Shown piece after piece: positions 51,205-64,000 of a stretch of 64,000 nt of DNA. Numbering within the stretch: position 1 is the first letter of the stretch; each line of letters begins with the position of its first letter. Source of the stretch: Octopus bimaculoides (taxonomy: Eukaryota); the NCBI RefSeq assembly GCF_001194135.2, contig NC_068983.1, positions 164,227,235-164,291,234 on the forward strand, written 5' to 3'. Under the pieces are notes generated by a model, which saw nothing but the letters and a program-made list of their open reading frames with translations, ran no database searches and was not told the origin of the DNA. The position numbers and the translations under genes are program-made.

Positions 51205-51590
51205 TCTTTTTTTTTTTTTACTTGTTTCATTCATTGGAGTGTGGCCATGCTGGGGCTCTACCTTGAAGGGTATAGTTGAACAAATTTATTCTAGTCCTTA
51301 TTTTTGATCTGGCACTTATTCTGTCCATCTCATTTGCCAGACTGCTAGGTTATGTGAATATAGGAAAATTCAACACTGGTTGTCAAATACAAAGGCATGC
51401 ATGCACACACACACACACACACACGTGAGAGGCTTCCACACAGTTTCCACCTGCCAAATCCATTCAGAAGGTATTGTTCAGTTTAGGGTTATAGTAGAAG
51501 GCACTTGCTCAAAGTACTGTATGATAGGACTGAACTCAAAAACACAGAGTTACAAAGCAAGCTTCTTAACCACACAGCCATGCCAACCAC
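51205..51590 (-). mobile_element. Diverged full-length CORE-type SINE
   Basis: Reverse-complement homology to 1059-1495. Confidence 0.7.
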
Positions 51591-51799
51591 AAAAAAAGAA
51601 AAACATATTCTTACAGTTTTGTATTTAGCAACAGGAAGAGGGATCTAATTCCATAGGGATTCCAACTAGAACATTCTAAGATACAATAAGAAGGCTGCAG
51701 CTATGTTTCAAATACATTCAAATATATGTAAATATATGCAAATATATTCAAATAAGAAAAGTAGACAAATGAGGATGAATATACTTAATAATATAGTGA

Positions 51800-52130
51800 G
51801 CCATTACAAGAGTGTTGACTTTTCACTGTTACTATGGCAACCCACAATATTTCTTCTTTGAGTATACAGTTGGAAGCTGAGTCTACAGAGAGGAGTTCCA
51901 ACTAGATGAAATGAATCGTGAGTCTCCAATATTCATTTGGCTTAAAAAGGTCAGCAGAAGGGCATCCAAGAGTCATAGCCCGGATGCAGCCTGGTGCTTT
52001 TAGAGTGTAAGAAAAATTAAGGGCTAAAACACTTGCTTGAAGTGGGATTCCTTCTCTGAAGACCTTCTGCTTTTCAGCGCTCTTGCAAGTTTCTTACCAT
52101 TATGCAAATGAGAAAAGTAGTCAAAGACCA
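51800..52130 (-). mobile_element. Possible decayed CR1/L2/Jockey-group LINE fragment
   Basis: KCFSP...LTL*K and LLD...IGDS...SSS resemble post-RT motifs; heavily frameshifted. Confidence 0.35.
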
Positions 52131-52574
52131 TTTTTAAATCTCTCAATGAGAGATATTCAACAACAATATGTTGTAGTAAAGCTTGTTTGCCAACATAACA
52201 TGGCAGTCCTGGTTTAGGACAAATGTTGCTGTAATTTAACCCCAGGAGACATCGTCTCCAGCTGGCTATACAACATGATCTGTGTCCTTATATTTTCGAA
52301 AAAACCCAACACGCAGCCTGATCTGGGATTCAAATTCACTGCCTCATAATTGTAAGCCCAACCCTCTAACCATTGATCCATGCATCTTCAAATCGTTATA
52401 GACCTAATAATTAAGAGGATTTGTTTTTAGTATTTTGTAGATGGTACCATGGTGCTATGGGTGACGCATCACTAGGAGCCAAATAACTTATCGGTTACAG
52501 ACAATATAATTTTATGTTTTGGGGTGGTTGGGGGACCCACTTTTCCAGCACACTATTTAAAACCATGCAGACTT

Positions 52575-52920
52575 AATCATCATCATCATCATCATCATTT
52601 AACATCTGCTTTCCATGCTGGCATGGGTTGGACGATTTGATTGAGGACTGGTGAACCAGATAGCTGCACCAAGCTCCAGTCTGATCCGGTAGAGTTTCTA
52701 CAACTGGATGCCCTTCCTAATGCCAACCACTCCGAGAGTGTAGCAGGTGCTTTTATGTGCCACAGGAGCCAGTCCGGCGGCACTTGCAAAGACCATGCTC
52801 AAATGTTGTCTTTCATGTGCCATTGACACATGTGCCAGTAAGGCAATGCTGGCAACGATCACACTTGAATGGTGCTTTTTATGTGCCACTGATATGAGAG
52901 CCAATCCGTTGCCCTGGCAA
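52575..52920 (-). mobile_element. RTE-tail element
   Basis: Shared tail. Confidence 0.85.
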
Positions 52921-54119
52921 CTTAATGATGGCCTTAATTACAGGTGTTAAATATTACCAGATTGGTATGAAGGTTCACATTTGTTTAGAAGGAAAGGTAT
53001 ATTGATTGCACCTATACAATGTCTCATATTTGTAAAAGGATACAAGAGATATAAAATTAATTAATTTCATTACAAGTTTTAATAAGCTTTATGTCAGAAA
53101 GATTCTGGACTTCCAAATGAGAGATTGATAGCTTTTATTTCATTTCCAGGATTATATTCCACAGATAGTTGAGAAATGGATAGGAATGAATTGCTTTAGG
53201 AATAGTTGCAGCATTCCTGCATAGTTGCTGAGTCAGTTGGTTGTGGCTGAAGTTGACTTGCGAATGAAGAACACAACCAAAAATGACTGGGATGAACAAA
53301 GCATCTCATTGATGAGGTTGTGAATGGCAATGAAATGACTTTGACAAACCTGAGTGATCAACAGATTGACCAATTGACTGAACGGTTAATCAATTAATTA
53401 ATTAGTCAAATATTCAGCCAGTAGACAAATAAGTAATAAAGAGGTGAAATAGAACTTGTGTGTGTGTTTTACTAGCATAATGACCCTCCTGAGTTACACC
53501 AAAAAACAGAATAGTTTACATGTTTGAGGAATTACCTGTCATTCAGCTTTCAGGTGCGAAGCAAGGATAATGTTCACTGAAGCAATTTAAGTCAAACAAA
53601 ATTTGGTATCTTACTCCGAAGAACAACACTTTGGAAACAGAATCACTACCATAAAATCAAACAGCCATTTTGTCTCTCAGTCATAATAACTGATTGAGTA
53701 AACCAACAACCAGATATTATTTCAAACAAGACCTACATATCTCAGTGTGTTATCTCTAATGTGTCCTTCTCTGAAAGTGGCAGGATGTATTACAGCAAGT
53801 AGATTTGGCTGCTCTTTCTTGCAGATTAAATGTCACCCTAATATCTCTTGTTGGCTCATTTGGTCCTTATTAATGACTTGTAGGGACACCATATTTCGTT
53901 ATGCCACCATAATATGTTACAAAGTATATCAAACGTTTTTATAAGTCAATACTGTGTTCTACTGTGTTAGCAGTGTTATTACACCACTTGTTAAGGTTAT
54001 CTCTATAGATTTTCTACGGAGAACACAGTTGAACGTGGTATTAACTTATAAAAACATTTAATATACTTTGTAGGATATGGTTGCATAACGAAATACCGTA
54101 TCCATACGGGTCATTAATA

Positions 54120-54830
54120 TTTACTGCGTTGGTATGGCCATGTACAGCAGATGGATGAGAGCTGTGTGAAGAAGTATCACACCCTAACAGCGGAGGGAAC
54201 CTGTGGAAGAGGTAGACCCAGGAAGACATCGGATGAGGTGGTGAAGCATGACCTTCGAATGCTGGGCCTCACAGAGACAATGACAAAAGACAGACACCTC
54301 TGGAGGTATGCTGTGACTGAGAGGACCCAGCAAATAAAGTGAGTCCACAGCTGTAACCTACACCAGTGTCACATAACCAGCCCACTCAAAAGTACCTTGG
54401 ATTGTCCTTGAGGAGACCTATTGAGTCAAGTACATTAACATCAGCAACATCAAAATCAAATCAAATGGAAATTGTAGTTGTGACCCCTGTGCAGGTAACA
54501 CGTAAAAAACACCATCTGAATGTGGCCGATGCCAGTGCTGCTTTGGCTGGCTTCCATGCCGGTGGCATGTAAAAAGCACCGTCTGATCATATGTCAATGC
54601 CAGCTCCTCTGGCCCTTGTGCTGGTGGTACATAAAAAGCACCCACTACACTCTCGGAGTGGTTGGCGTTAGGAAGGGTATCTAGCTGTAGAAACACTGCC
54701 AGATCAAATTGGAGCCTGGTGTAGCCATCTGGTTCGCTAGTCCTCAATCAAACCATCCAACCCATGCCAGCATGGAAAGCGGACGTTGAATAATGATGAT
54801 GATGATGATGACTACTACAATGATGACAAT
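54120..54830 (+). mobile_element. RTE LINE 3' end (ORF end, 3' UTR with tandem units, ATG tail)
   Basis: WYGHV...DESCVKKYHTLTAEGTCGRGRPRKTSDEVVKHDL...WRYAV*, followed by the shared tail. Confidence 0.9.
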
Positions 54831-55151
54831 GACGATGAATCTAATGATCTCTCTCTCTCTCTCTCTCTTCTTTCAAAACTTTTTACACACTATTTCACTT
54901 CGCTTTTCCCCTTTTATTTCACTATTTCTTCCTGTCATATTCCACTTTATTTACTTACTTTTGCCTTTATTTATTTATCTCTTGAGGATTTCGTTGAGAA
55001 TTTTCAATATCTTTTCACTTTTTACTTTATTTTTTGTTGTTCATATTTCTCTCTTTTTTTTTTTTTTACAAAGTTTATCTATTCAACAACTTATATATTT
55101 GTTTGCTTACCTACTTTTAATTTTGTTTGTCTATCTATCTATCTGTCTGCC

Positions 55152-55195
<44 letters not shown>

Positions 55196-56046
55196 CATCT
55201 CTCTATCTATCTATCTAACTGCTTACCAATTACACTCTCTCTCCCTCTCTTTCTCTCTCTCTGTATATATATGTTTATATATATATATATATATATNNNN
55301 NNNNNNNNNNNNNNNNNNNNNNNNNNNNNNNNNNNNNNNNNNNNNNNNNNNNNNNNNNNNNNNNNNNNNNNNNNNNNNNNNNNNNNNNNNNNNNNNNNNN
55401 NNNNNNNNNNNNNNNNNNNNNNNNNNNNNNNNNNNNNNNNNNNNNNNNNNNNNNNNNNNNNNNNNNNNNNNNNNNNNNNNNNNNNNNNNNNNNNNNNNNN
55501 NNNNNNNNNNNNNNNNNNNNNNNNNNNNNNNNNNNNNNNNNNNNNNNNNNNNNNNNNNNNNNNNNNNNNNNNNNNNNNNNNNNNNNNNNNNNNNNNNNNN
55601 NNNNNNNNNNNNNNNNNNNNNNNNNNNNNNNNNNNNNNNNNNNNNNNNNNNNNNNNNNNNNNNNNNNNNNNNNNNNNNNNNNNNNNNNNNNNNNNNNNNN
55701 NNNNNNNNNNNNNNNNNNNNNNNNNNNNNNNNNNNNNNNNNNNNNNNNNNNNNNNNNNNNNNNNNNNNNNNNNNNNNNNNNNNNNNNNNNNNNNNNNNNN
55801 NNNNNNNNNNNNNNNNNNNNNNNNNNNNNNNNNNNNNNNNNNNNNNNNNNNNNNNNNNNNNNNNNNNNNNNNNNNNNNNNNNNNNNNNNNNNNNNNNNNN
55901 NNNNNNNNNNNNNNNNNNNNNNNNNNNNNNNNNNNNNNNNNNNNNNNNNNNNNNNNNNNNNNNNNNNNNNNNNNNNNNNNNNNNNNNNNNNNNNNNNNNN
56001 NNNNNNNNNNNNNNTATATATATATATATATAAATACATGGACACA

Positions 56047-56087
<41 letters not shown>

Positions 56088-56093
56088 TATGTA

Positions 56094-56133
<40 letters not shown>

Positions 56134-56900
56134 GAGAGAGATTGATAGGTATATTAGACAGATAGAGAAATGTAGATATCGATATGAGTGTAAATGTTTA
56201 TTTGTGCAATCACATTCACACATGCATATATACATACATACCTCCATGCATACAGACACACGCATGCATACATAAATTTGTACATACATAAACACATACT
56301 TCCATTAACATACACACATACATGCGTGTGTGTGTGTGCTTGTAATCACACTTAAATTGCATATATTTCTATGCACCTAAGTGTGAGGAATGTAAAATAT
56401 GATTTTGTAAATGTTATTCCATAATCCAAAATATTTCCCTACATTTATCCCCTCCCCCCTCCCCCTTCCATACAACACAATTTTTCGGAAAGCTCAAGTT
56501 TAGAGAAAGAGATGGAGATTTCTTTATTCTTGTTTTCGTTTTTTTTTCTGTTCTTTTTTTTCTTTTGTGTTTTTCAATAAATCTTTTTTTCTTAAATAAA
56601 ATATCCCAGTCACCTATAAATAAATTCACAAATACACACACACACATATATACCCAAACACACATTCACACATTCATTCACACAATCACACATACACACG
56701 CATTCACAAATCCTAGCCATAAATGTGTCGCAATAGGTATTTATTGATATTTGAATGCGTATATAACTGTACACGTGTGTGATATACATATATCTGTGTA
56801 CATACATACACACCTGCACAGATATATGTATATGCATGTGTGTGTTTGTTTTTGTGAGTATTTGTGTGTATGTATATATATATATACATGCATATACATG

Positions 56901-56938
<38 letters not shown>

Positions 56939-57209
56939 TACACACTCATATATGTGTGTGTATGTATGTATATACTCACAAATATATCCATATATACATA
57001 TGTATACATGCATATATCTGATGTTATAGTCTTCCATGTTATTATTATTATTATTATTATCATTATTATTATTATTGTTTAGTATTTATTTTTTCTTTTA
57101 AATATTATATGTTCCATGAGATAAGTATCATAACTCTACATGTATTCTTCCTTCCTCTCTCACTCAAATGGCCACCTCCACCGGCATCCAGGTCTTGAAT
57201 TAATTATGG

Positions 57210-57861
57210 GGATCTTTTTTTAAAACGGGGGCCACATTTTTCATTAATGTTTTACGTGGTGTTTTTGGTACCGAAAGACTTTCAAACTTCGTATACTTAT
57301 CTATTTTGTGTTATAGAATAGAAAAATATTTTTGTATTCAAATTTATTTCATGTAAAAAATTGTCTTATTTCGATAATTTCAACCAATCACTGACAAGTA
57401 TTCAGTTGTTTATATTTACTCCTTTGGCTGATTAAGCCATAGCTTCGTTTTATTTGCTTTTTTCTTTTTAAATTTGCTGTTNNNNNNNNNNTTATTTGCT
57501 TTTTTCATTTTAAATTTGCTTTTTTCATTTTCTTTTTTTTCTTCGTTTTATTTGCTTTTTTCTTTTTAAATTTGCTGTTTTACCCTAACCCTAACCCTAA
57601 CCCTAACCCTATCACCGATAGAATTGTTTCAGAATCGTTTGTTTATGTAGTCGGCACTTAATGTATATCGGCTGAATGGACGTCAGTGATTGGTTGAAAT
57701 TACAGAAATACGACAACTTTAACATGGAATAACTTAGGGATTTCTTTTTTTTTTAAGAAGACTAAGAGAAAAAGATGTTTTATATGACACATTCTACCAG
57801 TGTTCCAAGTTTCAAAGTGTTTCGTTAATGAAAAATGTGGCCCCCGTTTTAAAAAAGATCC
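57210..57861. mobile_element. Non-autonomous DNA transposon with ~37-bp TIRs, 8-bp TSD and an internal telomeric repeat
   Basis: TIR ggatctttttttaaaacgggggccacatttttcattaa and its reverse complement. TSD AATTATGG at 57202-57209 and 57862-57869. (CCCTAA)4 at 57583-57606. Confidence 0.9.
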
Positions 57862-58469
57862 AATTATGGTGTATGTGAGATCCTTCTAGAACTTTCTTTA
57901 CTAAATCATATGATCTAAGAGTCAACAACGGCAGCAAGAAGATGGTGAATCTGCGAAATAATAAGGAGGAATATGAACAGTTCATTCAATTCGATGCCAA
58001 TACTGTAATTGATAAAGGCAAAACAACAAGCATGAAGTCACTCTTTCTAGAAAAGTGCACAGTAAAAGCAACAGCCAGACTGATGTGCACTGATGATGAA
58101 GAATGCACAAACAACAGTGTTTTAGATGCTGTCAACATTATAGCATAATCTTAGGAGCATATGTTAATTGCTGAGTGTTCCCAGTTCTTTGACATGAAAC
58201 AAATCTCCTGACGAAAATGTGCGGGGAGGCACATTTCTGAGTCTTATTAACATCCATGAAAGGAAATGTAATTTTGGCAAGTTCAAAGTTGATCCCCAAA
58301 CGAAGCTGTCTAAATTAGTCTTTATATCAGGTTCGTCTTCAGTCGACAGAAACTTAAGATGGCCAGACTATTAATGTATAATGAAGCATGCAATACATAA
58401 CATTAGAATTTGTTAATTTGATTTCTTTAGATCTATCAGAAAGATGGCTTTTGATTGGTAATATGGTTG

Positions 58470-58700
58470 AAAAAGTCAGCGAGCTGGCCGAATCATTAGC
58501 ACGCAGGATGAAATGCTTAGCGGTATTTCGTCTGTCTTTACGTTCTGAGTTCAAATTCCACTGAGGTCAACTTTGCCTTTCATCATTTCGGGGTCGATTA
58601 AATAAGTACCAGTTACGCACTGGAGTCGATGTAATCGACTTAATCCCTTTGTCTGTCCTTGTTTGTCTCCTCTATGTTTAGCCCCACGTGGGCAATAAAT
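58470..58700 (+). mobile_element. Meta-like SINE
   Basis: gagctggccgaatcattagc...gcctttcatcatttcggggtcgat. Confidence 0.85.
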
Positions 58701-59539
58701 ATGGTTGAAAAATAAAACAAAACTAAAAATGAAAACAAAAGAAGTTAGTTGAACACAGGTTGCCCAGGTGTAAAGGGAGATAATCACCTCTAGAAGAATT
58801 TTGAATTTTCAAATGTGAGAATAACAAAGAGGATGTCCGGAATATACATATTTCATATTTCTTTTTTTTTCTACTCATTACAAAAATCTTGACTATTTCA
58901 TTAGTCGTTGGTAACAATGTATAACACCATTTCATCCTTATTTAAAATCATCAGCATAACATGACTCTAGGCAAACATATTACACTAAATTTCATGTGAT
59001 AGGATTCTATGGAAAACAGAAAAACCATTCCTAAATCAGCCTAGACATGAAACATATATTTTCCACAAACTATGCTGTAATTGGGGAAGAAGTATAGCGA
59101 GTTACACTCTCCTGCATTTCGTGTAAAATTCTATAATTTCAGGAAAACAGACAATTTCAAGAGGCATTGTCTGTGTTGTTAGGCTAATTATGCTGATTGT
59201 GAAACTACAATTCATGAAGAAGCGTTGGAAAGACTTTTATGGTTCTCTGTGATAAATACTAATGCCAACTTCGAAAATGCTCCTCTGATATCCTGCCTAA
59301 TAAACAGGCAAATCAGTCTCTGGTGCTAAACGGTTAATGTTGCTGCCAGTGTCCATTGTGAAGATTTTTCAATTTCTGAATCATTTTAGTCATTATTTGT
59401 ATGAACCATTCCTTGCTTTCACTCGAACAATATTACAAGTTGTTGAAGAAGTGGAAACAAGAAGTGATTTTAATAATGTTTCTAAAAAGCATATATTTCC
59501 TGGAAATAAGATTTTATATAAATTTTGTCTGTTGGGTTG

Positions 59540-60070
59540 CGTCATCATCATCATTATCATCATCATCATCATCATCATCGTCGTCATCGTCATCGCTTAA
59601 CATCTGTTTTCCATGTTGGCATGGGTTGGACGATTTGACTGAAAATTGGCGACCCAGAAGGCTGCACCAGGCTCCAATCCGATCTGGCAGAGTTTCTACA
59701 GCTGGATGCCCTTCCTAACACCAACCACTCTGAGAGTGTAGTGGATGCTTTTATGTGCCACCGGCATGAGGGTCAGTCAGGTGATACTGGCAACGACCAC
59801 GCTCAAAAGGTGCTTTTTACGTGCCACCTGCATGGGAGCCAGTCCGGCAGCACTGACGATGACCACACTCAAATGATGTTTTTCACATGCTACTGGTACA
59901 TGTGCCAGCAAGGCGATGCTGGCAACGATCACACTCGAACAGTGCTTTGTATGTGCCACTGGCATAGGAGCCAATCAGCAGCCCTGGCAACGATCATGCT
60001 GGGATGGTGCCTTTTATGTATCACCAGCAAGGGAGCCAATCAGCAGCCCTGGTGCATTAAACGTTCCACT
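59540..60070 (-). mobile_element. RTE-tail element with several tandem units
   Basis: Shared tail; repeated ggcaacgatca and ggagccaatc units. Confidence 0.85.
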
Positions 60071-61179
60071 GGCATGAGTGCAATTTCTTCAAATTCTTTT
60101 CTTATTTTTGTGGTCAGATTTCTGACCAATTAACGGCTATAAAAAATTACTTTATTATTTTAAAAGTAATGCAAAGTTTAACCAACTGTGTATGTCTATT
60201 TTGCCAGTGCGCTTCCATTTAAAAACTGAGGTGGCTATTAACAAATTTTGGCGTTTAGAGTCTGTGGGGTTAATGACACCCTGTTTGAGTAAAAGTATTA
60301 AACATGTTTCTCAAATGATTTTGGTTGCTAAAAGAGACAGTATTGTGAGCATCTGGGATGGTTAGGTCACATTAACAATCAGATACATACACATAGTTAT
60401 GCCATGTCTTATATGGAAACCATATTTTCAGGCAGGACAGGTGCTTTTGGCTTTTCAAAAATTCACTTACAAAGTAGATATTGGCAAATACTGTTACATT
60501 CTTAAATGAAGTGACATAAACATAACCAATGGACTTTACAAAGTGAATTGTCTATGAATGAAACTGAAGAATTCTAGTGCAATATTCCAAATGTATGGAG
60601 ACAATTCTATCAAACATACCTGGTCTCTTGGAATATCAGGTTGATATTATTCCATGCTCCATTATTAACTAAACTCAATAGAAGAGAAAATATGGTTTTG
60701 TAGCAAATATATCTGAGACCAAGCAAAAGTGAATTCACAGAGTGGATTAAATAGAATTTCTGACTGTCAGCTTATCTAAGGATGGCATAAAACTTTTGAA
60801 ATTGCTGCCAAATAATATTTGGTCTCTTGTGGTTCCAAAATGTGCTAAAGGTTTTAGAATATTTCCTTGACTTAGTTGGATACAACAGAAGATTTATATC
60901 AATTTACAAAGATAAAGGTGAGCCATTAATTTTAGCCAGAAAGATGAATATCTTTTGGAATCACAAGCGAGAAACTGCTTCCATTCGATTGAAAAATGAG
61001 TTAACAAAATCACCAGGGTCGAAAACTTTCCCTCAGATGATGATGGTGATATTAAAGTCGATGCATCAAAATATGTTGTTCTTCATCCATCACAAAAGGA
61101 TCATTATGTTTGTCTCTCAGTCAGACAACATGTCTGATCTAATATGGAAGGGAAAGCAATCACCACCTTCCTGAGTTCA

Positions 61180-61670
61180 AATACTGCTCAAGTCAGCTTT
61201 GCTTTCCATCATTTCAGAGTCAATAGAACAAGTACTGGTTTCACTTTGGGGGCCAATGTAATTGAGTTGTCCTCCCCTCCCCCCACCGCCAGCCAAGAAA
61301 AAATTCCAGGCATTGTGCACTCAGTAGAAAGAACTATTATCATTAAGTGGCACTTGTGCCAGTGGCACATGAAAAAACATTTGCGCGAGGTCATTGCCAG
61401 TGCCGCTGGACTGGCCCCTGTGCAGGTGACACGTAAAAAACACTATTTTGAGCATAACCGTTGCCAGTACCGCCTGACTGGCCCTCGTGCTGGTAATGTC
61501 AACCACTACACTCTCGAAGTGGTTGGCATTAGGAAGGGTATCCAGCTGTAGAAACTCTGCCTGATAAGATTGGAGCCTGGTGTAGCCATCTGGTACGCCA
61601 GTCCTCAGTCAAACCATCCAACCCATGCCAGCATGGAAAGCAGACATTCAACGATGATGATGATGATGTG
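61180..61670 (+). mobile_element. Meta-like SINE fragment followed by an RTE-tail element (61345-61670)
   Basis: Homology to other copies in the window. Confidence 0.75.
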
Positions 61671-61782
61671 GTGAGCAGGCAGAGTCGTTAGCACATTGCT
61701 ACCGAATAAGTGTCACATATTTTTACAGATAAATTCCTCTATTTACATAATATCAAGGTCTCTTTCTTTCTTTTGTTGTCCT

Positions 61783-61821
<39 letters not shown>

Positions 61822-62059
61822 TGTATGTATATATATGTATGTATGTATATATGTATGTATATGCACACACTCGTATCTATCTGTCTATATGAATATACAC
61901 AAAGCCATATACATATACACACAGGTACCAAACCTGATATAAACTGTAGGTCCAATGCAGGGGCTGGTCCCAGGTGTGGCATTTGTGTAGAAGAAAACAA
62001 AACAAGTGTGTTACAAAATTCATAACAGCATTGAACCCCCACTTGTGTTCTTTTATATA

Positions 62060-62549
62060 AACTCACTCACTCACCGACTCACTCATTCACATACTCACAC
62101 ACTCAACCACTCATTCACTCACTCACTCACTCACTCACTCACTCACTCACTCACTCACTCACCCACTCACTCACTCACTCATATATATATATCATAGCTG
62201 TGTGTTCATGAAGAAAATTGTGATTCTACCAAGCAAATGCGAAAAGTAATTCACGATTTCCTAATTTTATTAGTGTAGAAAAAAAAACATTCATTTTTTT
62301 TTTATTATTATTTAAGAAAATGTATGTCTTGTTTTTCATTTTTTTTATCTAAAAAAAATCTATGACTGTGTTTCCATACAATTAAGTAATTGTCCACAGA
62401 AAACTTTATGTAGAGTAAATAATGGTGAATAATGGTCAATAATGATGGTGGAGGCCATCATCTTGAGGATATTGGTAATGGTGATGATAATAGTAATGTA
62501 GACGGTGACAATGATGATGATGATGATGATGATGAGGATAATGATGATG

Positions 62550-62581
<32 letters not shown>

Positions 62582-62790
62582 GATGATGATGATGGTAATG
62601 GTGATGATTATATTAGTGGAGATGGTGATGATGGTGAAGAAAATGATGATGATGGTGATGATGATGATAATGATGATGATGATGGTGATGATAATGATGA
62701 TGATGATGGTGGTGGTGGTGATGATAATGATGATGATGATGATGATGATGATGGTGATGGTGATGATGATGGTGGTGGTGGTGGTGATAT
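62060..62790. repeat. (CACT)n tract (62060-62180) and (GAT)n tract (62490-62790)
   Basis: Direct inspection. Confidence 0.95.
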
Positions 62791-62858
62791 TATCGTTGTC
62801 TTCATCCTCCTCCTCCTGATAGTCTGGCTTGGTCATAGCCCAGAGGCAGGAAGCATTA

Positions 62859-62901
<43 letters not shown>

Positions 62902-63299
62902 TGACCAATATTTCTTTGTTTGTTTTTGCATTCATAAAATATCTAGGAATACATTAACCAATGCGTATTCAGTGTTAAAAGTTATTAAGAAGTGATTCTG
63001 AGATGAGATTTAGTTGCTATTTCTAAAAGCTTGAGTAATGTCCTCGAGGCTCCATTGTAACAGAATTAATACAAGAATAAATAGATTTGTTCTGTGCTGG
63101 TTAACAGCAAATTGATGGTAGTTGCAGCTGGTAACTTTAATGGGTAACAAGAAAGAAAAACCCAAACTAGATATATACTGGTTTGTACAAACAAACAAGC
63201 CTGGCTCTGCTTCTCTACTTGACATGCTAGGAATAGCAGCCAAGGATACTTCAGTTCACAAACTACAGATTATGTTTGTGTCCCTTAAAAAAAATTGGG

Positions 63300-63630
63300 G
63301 ATTATGGCAAAGCAGAGATGTCTGCTAGAAAAGGGTGAAACTCCTGTGGAATTTTGATGCCAAGACAAGCAGAACCATTGACAGACATAGAGTAGACATC
63401 ATTGTATGTAAGATAGAGGAAAGAGAATCTCTCATAACAGGCATTACCGTTTCTGCAGATCTGACAAAAGTATTGCTGACAGGAAAGAGGAAGATACTGA
63501 AATATGCTGAATTAAAATCTAAAATATCAAGAAAGTGGAAATGCCCGGCAGCAAAACTGCCATTTATCATCAAATTCGATCTTCAAAAGACTGTTGTATT
63601 GCCTGAAAAGGCTAGACAGCAAAAGTGATT
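63300..63630 (+). mobile_element. R4/Dong-type LINE endonuclease fragment, strongly diverged
   Basis: KLLWNFDAKTSRTIDRHRVDIIV...KILKYAELKSKISRKWK...LPFII matches ILWDFxIQTD...HNRPDIVV...KYxDLxxEIxRMW. Confidence 0.7.
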
Positions 63631-64000
63631 GGTGAATATTTCAATATGCTTCACATGAAAAATTTCATATTCTTGGAAAGGTTCTTTCTCTCCAAGACAT
63701 TTGTTAAAGCAATTATGAATTTATTCATTCTTAACACATCCTGGCAAATTCAAACATGAATATCTGATAGATACTGCTTTTATGTTATCAATGAACATTC
63801 TCCCCACCCCCTACAGATGGTGTGTATTCATAACACATGCAATTCACCAGTCAAAGGGGACTTTGAGACACCATGCTGTTTTAACCTTATTGTATGTATC
63901 CTCAGTCAAAGTTATCCTCCCAGGTAAATGAATCTCACACAAAAGGACAAGGTCTTGTTCACAGAACTCAGCAAACAAATTATTTGTTGATCTCTGCCAA

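Noticed and set aside
57942-58148. 68-aa non-repetitive ORF
   Set aside because: No recognisable motif or splice support; a database search would be needed.
60619-60712. Possible minus-strand exon with a CAG|gtatgt donor
   Set aside because: Its only open frame ends in phase 2, while exon A needs phase 1, and there is no CH1 similarity.
60827-61174. 115-aa ORF with normal-looking composition
   Set aside because: No recognisable domain. It may be a decayed transposase, but the sequence alone cannot support that.
390-62995. Long ORFs in the track with poly-I/Y/H/T/M/D/S or X runs
   Set aside because: They are translations of microsatellites and N gaps, not genes.

Overview
AT-rich, microsatellite-dense eukaryotic DNA with many assembly gaps. 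The repeat families and simple-repeat load look like a coleoid cephalopod (octopus-type) genome; this is inference. Nearly all long ORFs in the track are microsatellite or N-run artefacts. I found four small minus-strand coding exons (49142-49065, 24775-24661, 12421-12346, 3056-2983) with canonical splice sites and matching phases. They join into 113 stop-free codons resembling the CH1-CH2 actin-binding domain of the filamin/actinin/spectrin superfamily, so most of the window is intron. These introns hold several tRNA-derived SINE families, RTE-tail elements, RTE/RTEX and R4/Dong LINE fragments, a Tc1/mariner remnant with a nested RTE-like insertion, and several MITEs. The most notable signal is minimal type-I hammerhead ribozyme motifs in four unrelated sequence contexts, of the kind known from Penelope-like elements. 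One sits in a palindromic element made of two head-to-head tRNA-headed arms, inserted as one unit with a 13-bp target-site duplication (4555-5157). This looks like a Pol III-driven, ribozyme-bearing, Penelope-mobilised SINE. Repeat boundaries are approximate unless fixed by a TSD or TIR.
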